DNA from: Promethearchaeota archaeon
Lineage (GTDB): Archaea > Asgardarchaeota > Lokiarchaeia > Sigyniarchaeales > SOKP01
Reading direction: 5' to 3'
Assembly: GCA_019058365.1 (NCBI GenBank)
Contig: JAHPZE010000013.1
Location: 49,231-113,230, forward strand
DNA length: 64,000 nucleotides
Part shown: piece after piece, positions 39,982 to 50,261 of the stretch
Numbering within the stretch: position 1 is the stretch's first letter
Layout: every line of letters begins with the position of its first letter
The notes under the pieces: generated by a model
Seen by the model: the letters and a program-made list of their open reading frames with translations, nothing else
Databases searched by the model: none
Told to the model about the DNA's origin: nothing
Program-made: the position numbers and the translations under genes

Positions 39982-41739
39982 AAAAAAAATATACTTCCTT
40001 TAGGTATTGAACCATCTGAGTATAGAGATAAATTTCTCTCTTCATATCCATTTCTTCCAGATGTTATCGATTGTCTTTATCACAAATGGGGAAGTTTTCC
40101 GAATTTTCAAAGAACTAGAGGTGTCTTAAGATTTTTATCTTTAGCAGTATACTGTTTAAGAGAAAAAAACATAGAATACATAACTTTAGCCGATTTTGAC
40201 CTAAAATTTCAGGATCTCAGAAGAGAACTAATAAAAAATATTGGAAATGAATATGATAGTATTATTTCTGCTGATATTACTGATAACAATTCTGGATCCA
40301 AAAAAGTAGATATTTCATTAGGGGAAAGTTATAAAGGACTTCAACTTGGGACTAGATGCTCAACTGCTATATTCTTGTTTTCATTTTCAACTGGAAAAGA
40401 AAATGGGGCAAATTTTAAAGAAATGAAGAGATCCTCTACTATTTCTTCAATTCCTTCGAGTATTGTTTCAGAAGCTGTAGATATGTTAAAAAATGAAAAA
40501 CTCTTTTATATAGAAGAGCAAGCAGGTAGAATTTTCTTCAAAAATACACCAAATCTCAATAAAATTATTATAAATAAGACAGAAAATGTCGAGGATAACG
40601 AAATATTAAACGAAGAAAAGCAACACCTTATATCTTCAATCAAGAAAGGGAATTTTAACAAAATCTATATTTGGCCTACTGAATCTAAAGATATTGATGA
40701 TAATCAAAATTTAAAATTGATTATTCTTGAAAAGAAAGATAGTGAATTTATGAATTCCATTATTGAAAACAAGGGAACAATACCTCGAGTATATAGAAAT
40801 ACACTATTTTTTCTCTCACCATTAGAAACAAAAAGATTAGAATTATTTTTTACCATAAAAAGAAAAATTGCGCTAGAACAAGTACAAAAAGATACTTCAT
40901 TAAAATTAAATCAGCAGGAAAAGAAAAATATTTCTGATTCTATAAAAGTACAAAAGGAAACCATAATGACAAAAATCAACGAAACTTATAGGATTTTAAA
41001 TATCCCTTCGAAAAATATAATTGAAGATGTTGATCTTGGAATACCTACATATGGAGAAACTATGAACCTAACAAGAGATGTTTATGATAAATTGAAATCA
41101 GAAGGAACAATCATTGAAAAAATGGTTCCATTAGGCGTTAAAGAGAAATATCTTAAGGGAAAAGAATTTGTTTCCACTAAAAATATTCATGATAATTTCT
41201 TAAAAACATTAGGAGAAAACAGATTGGTGGATCAGAGTGTTTTGGAAAACTCAATAAAAGAAGGTGTTAAACAAGGATTATTTGGCTTAGGTATAGTTGA
41301 AGAGGATAAAACCAAACCTATTTATTGGAAACAAAAATGTGATGTCGGATTCAGTGAAAATGAAATATTAATTATTCCAGAATTTTGCGAAAAATATTTT
41401 AAGGAATTAGAAGAAATTGAAAAAGTTGAAAAAGAAAAGGAAATAACTATTGAGAGTAAAATAACTGAAAGTATTCCAGAACAAACAATATCTGAATCTG
41501 AAGTAAAGGAGGAGGATAAAAAAATTCTAACTGAAAAATCAATTTTAAAAATGAATATTCCAAAATTCATTATTCCTAAGGGAAGAGTCTCAGCTTTAAT
41601 GGGATTATTGAATTATATCCAAACAAAATTTGATAAAATAGAAATTGAAATAGATGCTTCTGATGGGACAATTGAAGAAGGAGAGTACGAAGATAATGTA
41701 AAAGAAGCCTTAAAACAATTAGGAATAAATATTAAATAA
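39982..41739 (+). pseudogene. N-terminally truncated DUF499-family (BrxC-related) ATPase
   Basis: Frame is open from 39982 (TAA at 39979), upstream of the track start 40375; contains SYPFLPDVID...WGSFPNFQRTRGVLR; no Walker A region present. Confidence 0.75.
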
Positions 41740-41956
41740 AATTTTCTTTTATTTAAAGTTTTAATTTATGATAAAGTAATCAATAAACTAAATTTCAATT
41801 CTTTTTTTGATTTATTTTACCATATGATAAATCCAAATAATCGGATCAAAAGTTTAAAAAAGGAGAGAAACAATTCAATACTATAAAAAGAATGAAAAGA
41901 ATCCAAATTAATAAAAGTATCTTTTTAATTATCCGAGCATTAAATCACAAAATTAA

Positions 41957-42856
41957 TTAGAATAAAATTAAGGATTTTTCTCTATTTTTACATAGCAATA
42001 ATAACATAAAATGAGCTTTATTCCTCGTTAAAATATTACGATTTTGTTTGATAACTGAAGAAATATAGAGATCACCTAATTTTTTACAATCTCTAATTCC
42101 TATTTTATAATTTTTATCATGTACAATATTCTGTAAAGCCGTAATTAATTTTTTATCATAATTAGTTATATTTTTTGTTTTACTTAATTCAAGATATTTT
42201 TCCAATATTTGAACAATAAATTCTTGGTTTATATGTACAAAACTTAAGATTTTTTTTCCAATATCCGAACAGATCTGTGAACAAGTACTTTTCTCATTGA
42301 TAGCAAACTCATCATTTTCAGCATCATAAAAGTATTCCCAATTACATAATAAACACTCAAAATCATTTAAAATATTATAATTTGTTAAATCATCATAGAC
42401 ATTTTTAAGCTTTATTTTAAAATCCCAAATTAATGTTTTCAGTCTATCGATTAAAATTTCCTTTATATTTTCACTATTATTAAGACCTTTAACCATAATT
42501 TCCATAGTTTTTTTTTGATACTCTTCTAACATTCTTTCATAAATTATCCTCATCCTCCCAAATTGTTGTTCTCTTCGATGATATTTCCGAGAAATCTCTT
42601 CTAATAATTCTGGAAAGATTTTAACTATGAATAATTCCTTTTCTTGAATTTTAATTATTAATAATTTATAGATTTCAATAAAGCGGAAGAAATCCAAAAA
42701 AATATTCCTGAATTCATATCGAATAATACTTGTAATATGTATTTTTTCATATGATATGATTTGTTTTCTGATCTTTCTTGAAGTATTAGAATTCCCAAAA
42801 TAGAGATGAATTAAAGCAGAAGTATCTAATATTAAATCCAAATTGTCATTCTCCAT
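41957..42856 (-). CDS. PIN-domain protein (putative RNase toxin)
   Basis: LILDTSALI, E in IRYEF, GDLYI, ILTRNKAHF. Confidence 0.7.
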   Translation of the reverse strand: MENDNLDLILDTSALIHLYFGNSNTSRKIRKQIISYEKIHITSIIRYEFRNIFLDFFRFIEIYKLLIIKIQEKELFIVKIFPELLEEISRKYHRREQQFGRMRIIYERMLEEYQKKTMEIMVKGLNNSENIKEILIDRLKTLIWDFKIKLKNVYDDLTNYNILNDFECLLCNWEYFYDAENDEFAINEKSTCSQICSDIGKKILSFVHINQEFIVQILEKYLELSKTKNITNYDKKLITALQNIVHDKNYKIGIRDCKKLGDLYISSVIKQNRNILTRNKAHFMLLLLCKNREKSLILF

Positions 42857-42866
42857 TGTATAATGC

Positions 42867-44024
42867 TTATAAATTTACTTTTTGACTGATCTCATCTTCT
42901 TTTTCATCGTCTTCTGTAAAATCTTTACCATATTCAAGATAGTCTTTATTTTTTCCCCTCTTCAGAGTTAAATCTTTTTCATATTCTAAAATAAATCTTA
43001 AAATTTCTTCTTCTGTTGCGCTAGTTTTCTGTAGTATCGTGAATGTATCCTCAGGCGTATAGAAAGAGTTATAATTTTGAAATAATTGAGACGTTAATGA
43101 AACAAAAATATTACGATCTGAAGGACTTTCTAAAGGCCAATCTAGACTTAGAGATTTTAAAAGATATATTAAAACTGAAATTATAATCTCATTATCCCAT
43201 TTATTATTCAAGTTCTTTAATAATAAGTCTAATAATGATAACTTCAATTTATGAAATTTTTTATCTTTTAGGCTGATCTGATCTATATTATGGATGATAT
43301 TTTTTGTAATTATAAATTTATTATTTTTTATACCTAACTGTAAATTGGAGAATAATTCCTTGAATATGGAGTTATCAGCAGTAGTCTCAGTTATATTAAA
43401 GACTTTCAAGATTGCTTCCACATAATCAAGAAAAACATTTAAATAGCGAACTCGAAGTTCTTTAAAAATATTTATAATCTTAATTTGTAATTGTTTTTTA
43501 GATAAATTGAAAATCTTATCCTTTATTCTACTATTTTCTGTAAAATCTTCTCTAATATAATAAACAAATTGATTCAATACATTGTTATCGTGATTAGGGA
43601 AGAGTTTGCATATTCTTTCTATTAACTCGATTTTATATTCTGGCTTTTCTGGAATAAGTTTTTCTTCAATCATTTGAATTATTCCTTTTTCATCTTCTTC
43701 TAGAATCTTAATCTTAAATATGGGACTTGAATATTCTTCAATCCATTTTTCTTCCACTTCAATAAACTTGTAATTTTTTAACGTACTAATTAATAATTCA
43801 TATTCATCATAATCAATTGTAGGCCCATAATTATAAGGAAAAAAATCTAAATTCAGATCAGATTCTTCATTAATCGGAATAATTTTTTCAAAAACAAATA
43901 ATAATTTTATTAATCGAGTTTTTAAAGTATAGTAATTTTCAGAATAATATAGAATAAGAAGGATTAATTCCTCATTTTCAATTATCTCCTTAGATCTAAA
44001 ATCATTATCTTCCATTTCTTTCAC
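42867..44024 (-). CDS. DUF4065 (SocA/Panacea-like) N-terminal domain protein, putative antitoxin
   Basis: KTRLIKLLF...FFPYNYGP motif; directly upstream of the PIN gene. Confidence 0.6.
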   Translation of the reverse strand: MKEMEDNDFRSKEIIENEELILLILYYSENYYTLKTRLIKLLFVFEKIIPINEESDLNLDFFPYNYGPTIDYDEYELLISTLKNYKFIEVEEKWIEEYSSPIFKIKILEEDEKGIIQMIEEKLIPEKPEYKIELIERICKLFPNHDNNVLNQFVYYIREDFTENSRIKDKIFNLSKKQLQIKIINIFKELRVRYLNVFLDYVEAILKVFNITETTADNSIFKELFSNLQLGIKNNKFIITKNIIHNIDQISLKDKKFHKLKLSLLDLLLKNLNNKWDNEIIISVLIYLLKSLSLDWPLESPSDRNIFVSLTSQLFQNYNSFYTPEDTFTILQKTSATEEEILRFILEYEKDLTLKRGKNKDYLEYGKDFTEDDEKEDEISQKVNL

Positions 44025-44026
44025 CT

Positions 44027-45367
44027 TTAGCTAATTTCTTTAGAAATTTTAGGATATTTTTTTATGAAATCATCTAGATCCATAAAAATTAAGTTATTAG
44101 CTGTCTCAAAATTATGAATTTTTCTATATTTTGCTTGAAGTCTTTTTGACATTTTGCGTCTATACTTTTCTTCATCTTTTACTTCTCTTTTTGGGGAAAT
44201 TTCCTCGGAAAATTCATCATCTTCTTCGATTCTTTTTAAATGATATAAGTCTAGAGCTTTTTTATAAGTATGAATCCCATAATTAGTACAGATACTGCAA
44301 TTGCATTGAAATTCGGCATTTAAATCACCTTTTGAGAGATCTATATCATTTTTATGCTTTATATCTTTCGGATCTAAAATATTTCTTGTTCTTTTTGGTT
44401 TAGCGTATCTCCGAATATTAATATTATACCCTGAATATGCATCTTCGCGAAAAATAATCGAGACACTACTTAATTCTTTTTTATATTTCTGAAGTTGTTT
44501 TAATCCAACATATTTAATGAGAACATGATACTTTTTGCTCAATTCACCTATAATATTAAAATATAATTGTTCATTTTCCCTTGTACTATAAAGTTCATTA
44601 GAATCAATTACCCATATCAATATTTTTTTAAAATTCGTTAAATAATTTAATTGGGTTCTATAAAACTGATTCATTTCCCTTACATCTTTAGTCATTACAG
44701 TTAAAGGATATATGAGTTCTTCTCTTCTACTATTTCTACAAAAATTAACAAGGTGATTATTTATTTTGGTTATTGAATCTTGAATAGGTTTAAAATAAGG
44801 ATCTTTTAATTCTTCAATTTTGTAATTCGCAATTAAAGGTACTTCAAGTCCAAGAATATTTGTTTTACTTCGATTAGATTGAGTCATAAATCGCTCTATC
44901 CCTTCAAATTCTAAATACTTTTTGGCTTTAGAATAATATTCTAGAATTTCTCTAAAGTAAGTCAAACAGTATTTCTTATTTTCCAGCTTTTTTATTTCTT
45001 TTATTTTTTCTTCGTTATTCTTCAAAATTGAATTAAAAAATTCTTTTTCTTCTTCAAATTTCTTTTCAGATATAAGATTTTTTCTCAGTTTTTCTTCAAG
45101 TCCTCTTAAAGTTAATTTATTTAAACTAGGTGAGTGATAATCAGGTCTATTAAATCTTTTATTAAAATCGTAAGTTAAGATTATATTTTTCTTCAGAGAC
45201 TTTACAGTATTGAGATAATTTGTAGATTTTTTACTAAAAGCTGTTTTTTTTTTATTTAATTGAATATTATCTAAAAATAAGTAAAATCCCTTACAATTAC
45301 TATGAGAAAAGCTATCATTTAAATCTGCTAGATCTGTTGGTGAGTTTAATCTATAAAAAATATCCAT
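44027..45367 (-). CDS. Hypothetical protein with C-terminal TGT-like zinc site (CxCxxC...H)
   Basis: QCNCSIC...IHNF resembles the zinc ligands of tRNA-guanine transglycosylase/DpdA-fold proteins; rest of the sequence highly diverged. Confidence 0.45.
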   Translation of the reverse strand: MDIFYRLNSPTDLADLNDSFSHSNCKGFYLFLDNIQLNKKKTAFSKKSTNYLNTVKSLKKNIILTYDFNKRFNRPDYHSPSLNKLTLRGLEEKLRKNLISEKKFEEEKEFFNSILKNNEEKIKEIKKLENKKYCLTYFREILEYYSKAKKYLEFEGIERFMTQSNRSKTNILGLEVPLIANYKIEELKDPYFKPIQDSITKINNHLVNFCRNSRREELIYPLTVMTKDVREMNQFYRTQLNYLTNFKKILIWVIDSNELYSTRENEQLYFNIIGELSKKYHVLIKYVGLKQLQKYKKELSSVSIIFREDAYSGYNINIRRYAKPKRTRNILDPKDIKHKNDIDLSKGDLNAEFQCNCSICTNYGIHTYKKALDLYHLKRIEEDDEFSEEISPKREVKDEEKYRRKMSKRLQAKYRKIHNFETANNLIFMDLDDFIKKYPKISKEIS

Positions 45368-45410
45368 TTTTGTATTTATTTTTTTTTAATATTAATGTAT
45401 TTTTGTTAAT

Positions 45411-45851
45411 TTAAGAATAAGGTGTTAAACAATATTTTAGTGTTTTTGGATACATATTTCGTATTTTTTCATAGATACATTGATATTTGCTATAGTTTAA
45501 CAAATTATTTTTTTTCGGTAGAATTTTTTGTGCATAATCATCATCATAAATTATTATTAAACCAATACCATATTTAGCAAACTCCTCGATATTTACATTT
45601 TTCTCAAACTTATAATATAACGCTAATGAATTATAAGGAACTAATATTCTATTTCCTAAACATTGCTTCAAACCTAGTTTCCAATTACTAATCTTAAATT
45701 CTATTCCATGGAAAGGGTATTTTGATTCAAAATTAATTTCAATGATGTCTATTTTTTTCTGTCGGTATCCTTTTTCTCTTACGATGATATAATTTGATTC
45801 TTCCTTATTTCTTATTTCGAAGTAGTTGTTAACTAAATCTGTTTCTTTCAT
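45411..45851 (-). CDS. Small PD-(D/E)XK nuclease-like protein
   Basis: E...KIDII...GIEFKISNWKLGLKQ...GIGLI. Confidence 0.6.
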   Translation of the reverse strand: MKETDLVNNYFEIRNKEESNYIIVREKGYRQKKIDIIEINFESKYPFHGIEFKISNWKLGLKQCLGNRILVPYNSLALYYKFEKNVNIEEFAKYGIGLIIIYDDDYAQKILPKKNNLLNYSKYQCIYEKIRNMYPKTLKYCLTPYS

Positions 45852-46784
45852 TAAATATATATATAATTTTATTTTATTTAATATTCTGTTGAATTTTTTA
45901 TGAATATTTTTTCCTTAGATGTATATCAATCTTTAAAAGCAAGTTTGAGGATATCACTCCAATTGTTAATTCTAAAAAGCTTCCATCTTCCAAGTCTATT
46001 ATTAATGTAGATCCCTTTTATTATTGAAACCGGAGATTAAGCATTATGAATTGAAGAATATATTCCTTAAAAAAAAAAAATTCAAGACCTTGGTAAAATT
46101 AGTGAAAAAACGATTGCCACAAACAATTCAATTGGTGATTTTGAATTGGAAATTCGGGAATTTATCGAAAAAAAACAACTTAGAGAGAGATCAATTTTTT
46201 CTTGAATCATCTTATAATAAAAATCTAATGAACAACAGATGTTTATCATTCCTAGTTTAACATGATAATCATAAGAGCAACTGATAAGATAATTCCCTTT
46301 TGGCGAAAATTTAACATTATTTACATAACCCCATCCTTCCCCATTTTTCCAGAATAGAGTTTGTAAGAGCTTAGATGACTTTTACATATCTAAATGTTCT
46401 TTACAAATCGTCTACAGAAGACTTATTTTAAATGTCAAGCTTCCATCAGCTTCATAACAGGTATCAAATCTCTCTGTTTGGTCACCCATTAAATATTCAT
46501 AATATTCTGTTTCATATCATCCACATGGGACTTTATTTGAAGTTCAAAATCCATCATAAAATCCATCATAAATCTTTAGATAAATTTATTGAAATAATAC
46601 AAAATGATAATTTAAACAATATCTAAACCGTTTCTATTATAATTAATAAGATATTTCTAAAAATTATATTATTAAATTTTATAAATGCTTTTTAATATAT
46701 ATTTAAAATTTATGTATATTTTTATAAATTTATTTTTTTATAATATAGATTTATATTAATAATATAATACTATATTATTATATT

Positions 46785-48368
46785 ATGGATGATAAAAATA
46801 TACAAAAACACGACGAAGACCTACGTTGTAAAAAGCGAGAAGGTGGAGGGAGAAATGAGAATCCATGCTTTCCAGATTTAAATTCTGAGAGCGTTTTTAC
46901 CGTCAATCAATCCACAGAAGAATTTGAACCCTTTCAAGACGAATTAACATTGACCGATAAAATTAAAGAATATCTCAAGCAAGTTAACTGGAGTGATATA
47001 TCTAAGGATTGGAAGATTCAAGCTTATGTCGGTAGTGGATATAAGGCAATCACGTTAAATCCTTATCAAGATTGCTCAAAATTAAATCCTCTATACAAAC
47101 ACGAAAAGTGGTTAAAATGGGTTTATACCAATAAAGAGTTAAATCTGAATGATATTTCTATTGCCAAAATTTGTGGAAACTTAAATAATAAAACAATCGG
47201 TAATTGGCGTGAAAAGTTTGATATTCCTAGAAAAGAAATCGGAAATTATATCAAAAACGATTATAGATTTCTATATATGCCAAAAGAGTATAAACATCCT
47301 GAATTTAACCCAATAGGGGATAGAAGAATTTATCGACCAGAACATATTATTGTGATGGAAAATCATCTCAATAAAGTGCTTACATCAGAAGAGTTATCCC
47401 GGCACCCTTGTTTAATTAAAAATATTGGTAATTATTATATTAAAGATGGTAGTATCGTGCACCATATCAATCATAATAGGATAGACAATAGAATCGAAAA
47501 TCTTTGGTTATATAAAAATAAAAGGGAACATAATAACTCAAACATAAATAGATGTTTAAGTGGTTTAATTAAGTTAAGTCAAGTATCATTTTTTGAGGGT
47601 AATTATTATTTAAATTATGATTATGATTATCGAAATTTAAATCGTGAGAAAAAAAACGAAGTATTAAAACAAAAAACTCTCAATAATTATGAAGATTTGG
47701 ATAAAGTAAGAAAAGCAATTAAAAATATGGACTGGTCGGGTATGGACTGGAATATTGAATATAAGATAAGGAATAATGCTCCAATTGAAAAAATACAACT
47801 AAATCCAAAAGAAGATTGTTCAGAAAAGAATCCACTATATCGACACAAAGGATGGGTCGAGCGTATTGTTCGAGATAAAAGATTTAATCTTACAGATAGT
47901 AGATTAAGTGAATTATGTGGGATTTCAGAAAGAACAGCGCGTAGATATCGTAAGGGAAAACATAGTATTCCTGCAAAATATAGAGGTTTTGATAGATACA
48001 TAGGAAAAAATACCAGTGGTAAAAAAATAATTTATATAAAATTAGATAAAAGCTATGGAAATCCTTTTGCCATAGAAAAAGTAAATTCTATTCAAATGAG
48101 GGAACATCGTTACATCATGGAAAAGCATCTGGTGCAAGAACCCGAATTAAATAAAGATTATCTTATTAATGGCAAGTATTTAAAGCCAGATTGTCATGTT
48201 CATCATATTAACCTTGATAAGTTGGATAATAGGTTAGAAAATCTTTATCATTGTAAAAATTCTTCTGAACATAACACAGTCCACTTATCATTAATTAAAC
48301 TCATCGATGAAATGATGAAATCAAGTTTAATAATCTTCGAGAATGGAAAATACTTTTTAGATAATTGA
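46785..48368 (+). CDS. Protein with two tandem HTH + HNH endonuclease modules
   Basis: Duplicated unit NPLY(K/R)H..W...EH..(V/I)ME.HL...VHHIN....DNR(I/L)ENL....N..EHN. Confidence 0.85.
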   Translation: MDDKNIQKHDEDLRCKKREGGGRNENPCFPDLNSESVFTVNQSTEEFEPFQDELTLTDKIKEYLKQVNWSDISKDWKIQAYVGSGYKAITLNPYQDCSKLNPLYKHEKWLKWVYTNKELNLNDISIAKICGNLNNKTIGNWREKFDIPRKEIGNYIKNDYRFLYMPKEYKHPEFNPIGDRRIYRPEHIIVMENHLNKVLTSEELSRHPCLIKNIGNYYIKDGSIVHHINHNRIDNRIENLWLYKNKREHNNSNINRCLSGLIKLSQVSFFEGNYYLNYDYDYRNLNREKKNEVLKQKTLNNYEDLDKVRKAIKNMDWSGMDWNIEYKIRNNAPIEKIQLNPKEDCSEKNPLYRHKGWVERIVRDKRFNLTDSRLSELCGISERTARRYRKGKHSIPAKYRGFDRYIGKNTSGKKIIYIKLDKSYGNPFAIEKVNSIQMREHRYIMEKHLVQEPELNKDYLINGKYLKPDCHVHHINLDKLDNRLENLYHCKNSSEHNTVHLSLIKLIDEMMKSSLIIFENGKYFLDN

Positions 48369-48402
48369 ATGAGGGATCGTATTTCCACGAGATCTATTAC
48401 TC

Positions 48403-49434
48403 CTACTTCGCATATCGTTCTTTTAAATAACTGGAAATTTTATCCAAATTTTCTCCTGTTAAAGCATTAGTCAAAAAATAATCATCCCCTTGTAAATTCA
48501 ACCTTTCTTCCAAATATTCAATTTCAGATGAACTCATTAAGTCCATTTTGTTAAATACAATTACAATTTCTATTTTACCATCTTTGGCAAAATTTTGCTT
48601 AACCTCTTTATATAATTCAATTTGAGAATCAACAGTGTATCCACAAGCGGGTGTGGGATCAAATATATATAAGATCAAGTCAGAGATTAACCGTAAAGCC
48701 AATATTGCTTGACGTTCAATGTAATTCCTCTTAGCTCTTAAAGCTAAGATACCCGGACAATCCATTATTTGAATTCTAATCTTATCAAATCGTCTTTCAA
48801 TTTCTAAATGGCCCATATTCAACTTTTTAGTTGTAAATGGATATTCTTTAATTTCAATCTTTTTATTAGTAGAGATATTTTTTACAATACTACTTTTTCC
48901 TACATTTGGATAACCAGCAACAACTATGCAAGGCAATGTGTAATCAATTGAAGGTATTTCTTTTAGACTCCCTCTAATCTCATTTAAATATTCAAGATTT
49001 TTGTTTTGCTTATTTATGATGGAAGAGATCCTCCCAAAAGCAGATCTTCTTAATTGATCACCCTCTTTTGGAGCTTCAATTCTATTTAACCTACTAAGGT
49101 GTTCCCTTTCAATTTTATTAAGAATTGGTAAAATACCATTTAATTTGCCTAATGTCAATTTCAATTCATCAATATCAACTAAAATACTTGCTAATTCTCT
49201 ATAAAAATCTGGAAGATCATCAATAATCGGTACCATTTTTATTATTTTTAGAATTCTATCTATTAGTTCTTCTATAGCTACCTGTATACGCTTAGATTCT
49301 TTCTTCTTTGCCTTAATAAGAATTGGAGCATTTTTAGAGACTTGAGCGGAGCTCTTCATACTCTTTTTAAACGCAATATCTAATAATTCTTTTGAATTTG
49401 GTACGTGATAAAATTCACTAAAAGGGTTTTTCAT
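48403..49434 (-). CDS. NOG1-family GTP-binding protein
   Basis: GYPNVGKSS, YPFTTK, DCPG, NKMD; N-terminal helical NOG1 domain. Confidence 0.92.
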   Translation of the reverse strand: MKNPFSEFYHVPNSKELLDIAFKKSMKSSAQVSKNAPILIKAKKKESKRIQVAIEELIDRILKIIKMVPIIDDLPDFYRELASILVDIDELKLTLGKLNGILPILNKIEREHLSRLNRIEAPKEGDQLRRSAFGRISSIINKQNKNLEYLNEIRGSLKEIPSIDYTLPCIVVAGYPNVGKSSIVKNISTNKKIEIKEYPFTTKKLNMGHLEIERRFDKIRIQIMDCPGILALRAKRNYIERQAILALRLISDLILYIFDPTPACGYTVDSQIELYKEVKQNFAKDGKIEIVIVFNKMDLMSSSEIEYLEERLNLQGDDYFLTNALTGENLDKISSYLKERYAK

Positions 49435-49479
49435 AGAAATTTAGTTAATATTTTAATAAATAAAAAGAAAGATTACCAT

Positions 49480-50019
49480 CTATATTTTTGTTCTAATAAA
49501 AGATATTTTTTTTTCTAATTCATAAATATCGTTTCTAGTATCCATTATCTCCCTTGGAATTGATTTATATAATTCTAAAATATATTCATATCTTCCTAGA
49601 ACTCTTGAATATTTGTTTAGGCTCTCTTCTTTTTCAGCTTTTTCTCTTAATAATTTTATTTTTTCAAGTTTTTCTTTCATTTCTGGAGTTAGTGCTTTTT
49701 GAATTTCTACTTGTTTTTCTTCATATCTTTGCTTTTCGCTTATAACTTTTTGAACACGTTCTTGGAAATCTTGTTCACCTTTAGTTTGTACTACTGTATC
49801 CTGTTTTTCAAATTTGACTAAATTTTTCAATCTCGCAATACGTTGGTTAATCATTTCAATTTTTCCTTGAAATCCTAGTTTCAAGTAAATTCCTTTAGCT
49901 TCTTCTAAAAGTGAAATTGCTACCATAAAATTTTTTCTATTAAATTCTTCTTTAGATTGATATTCTAGACGTTCAGCTTCTTTCTCCAGTTCATCAAAAG
50001 GTCCCGGCATGAATATCAC
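49480..50019 (-). CDS. Hypothetical helical/coiled-coil protein
   Basis: 179-aa ORF, helical and charged. Confidence 0.6.
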   Translation of the reverse strand: MIFMPGPFDELEKEAERLEYQSKEEFNRKNFMVAISLLEEAKGIYLKLGFQGKIEMINQRIARLKNLVKFEKQDTVVQTKGEQDFQERVQKVISEKQRYEEKQVEIQKALTPEMKEKLEKIKLLREKAEKEESLNKYSRVLGRYEYILELYKSIPREIMDTRNDIYELEKKISFIRTKI

Positions 50020-50261
50020 ATTTGGGTTAATTCAATTAACCAATTCTTATTTTTGGTTCCATAATATTGATGGAGTAGTTATTCTTTATTTAGAATTCAT
50101 TTTTATTTTTTCAAATAATTTATCAATATTAATAATTATTACTGTATAATTTTTTTTTTTATTTAAATTGGTAAAATTATAATTGTTAAGAACAAAAACT
50201 TTTAAATTGACATTGATTATTATCTAAAAATTAATCAATATTTTCAAAACTAAAACTAAAA

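Noticed and set aside
45900-46700. Short ORFs 46024..46260 and 46432..46626 and a 12-nt tandem duplication (aaaatccatcat) near 46547-46570
   Set aside because: No recognisable protein in any frame; probably degraded sequence
1-48400. Island as a defined integrative element or provirus
   Set aside because: No integrase, transposase, tRNA/att site or virion genes visible; the left boundary lies outside the window
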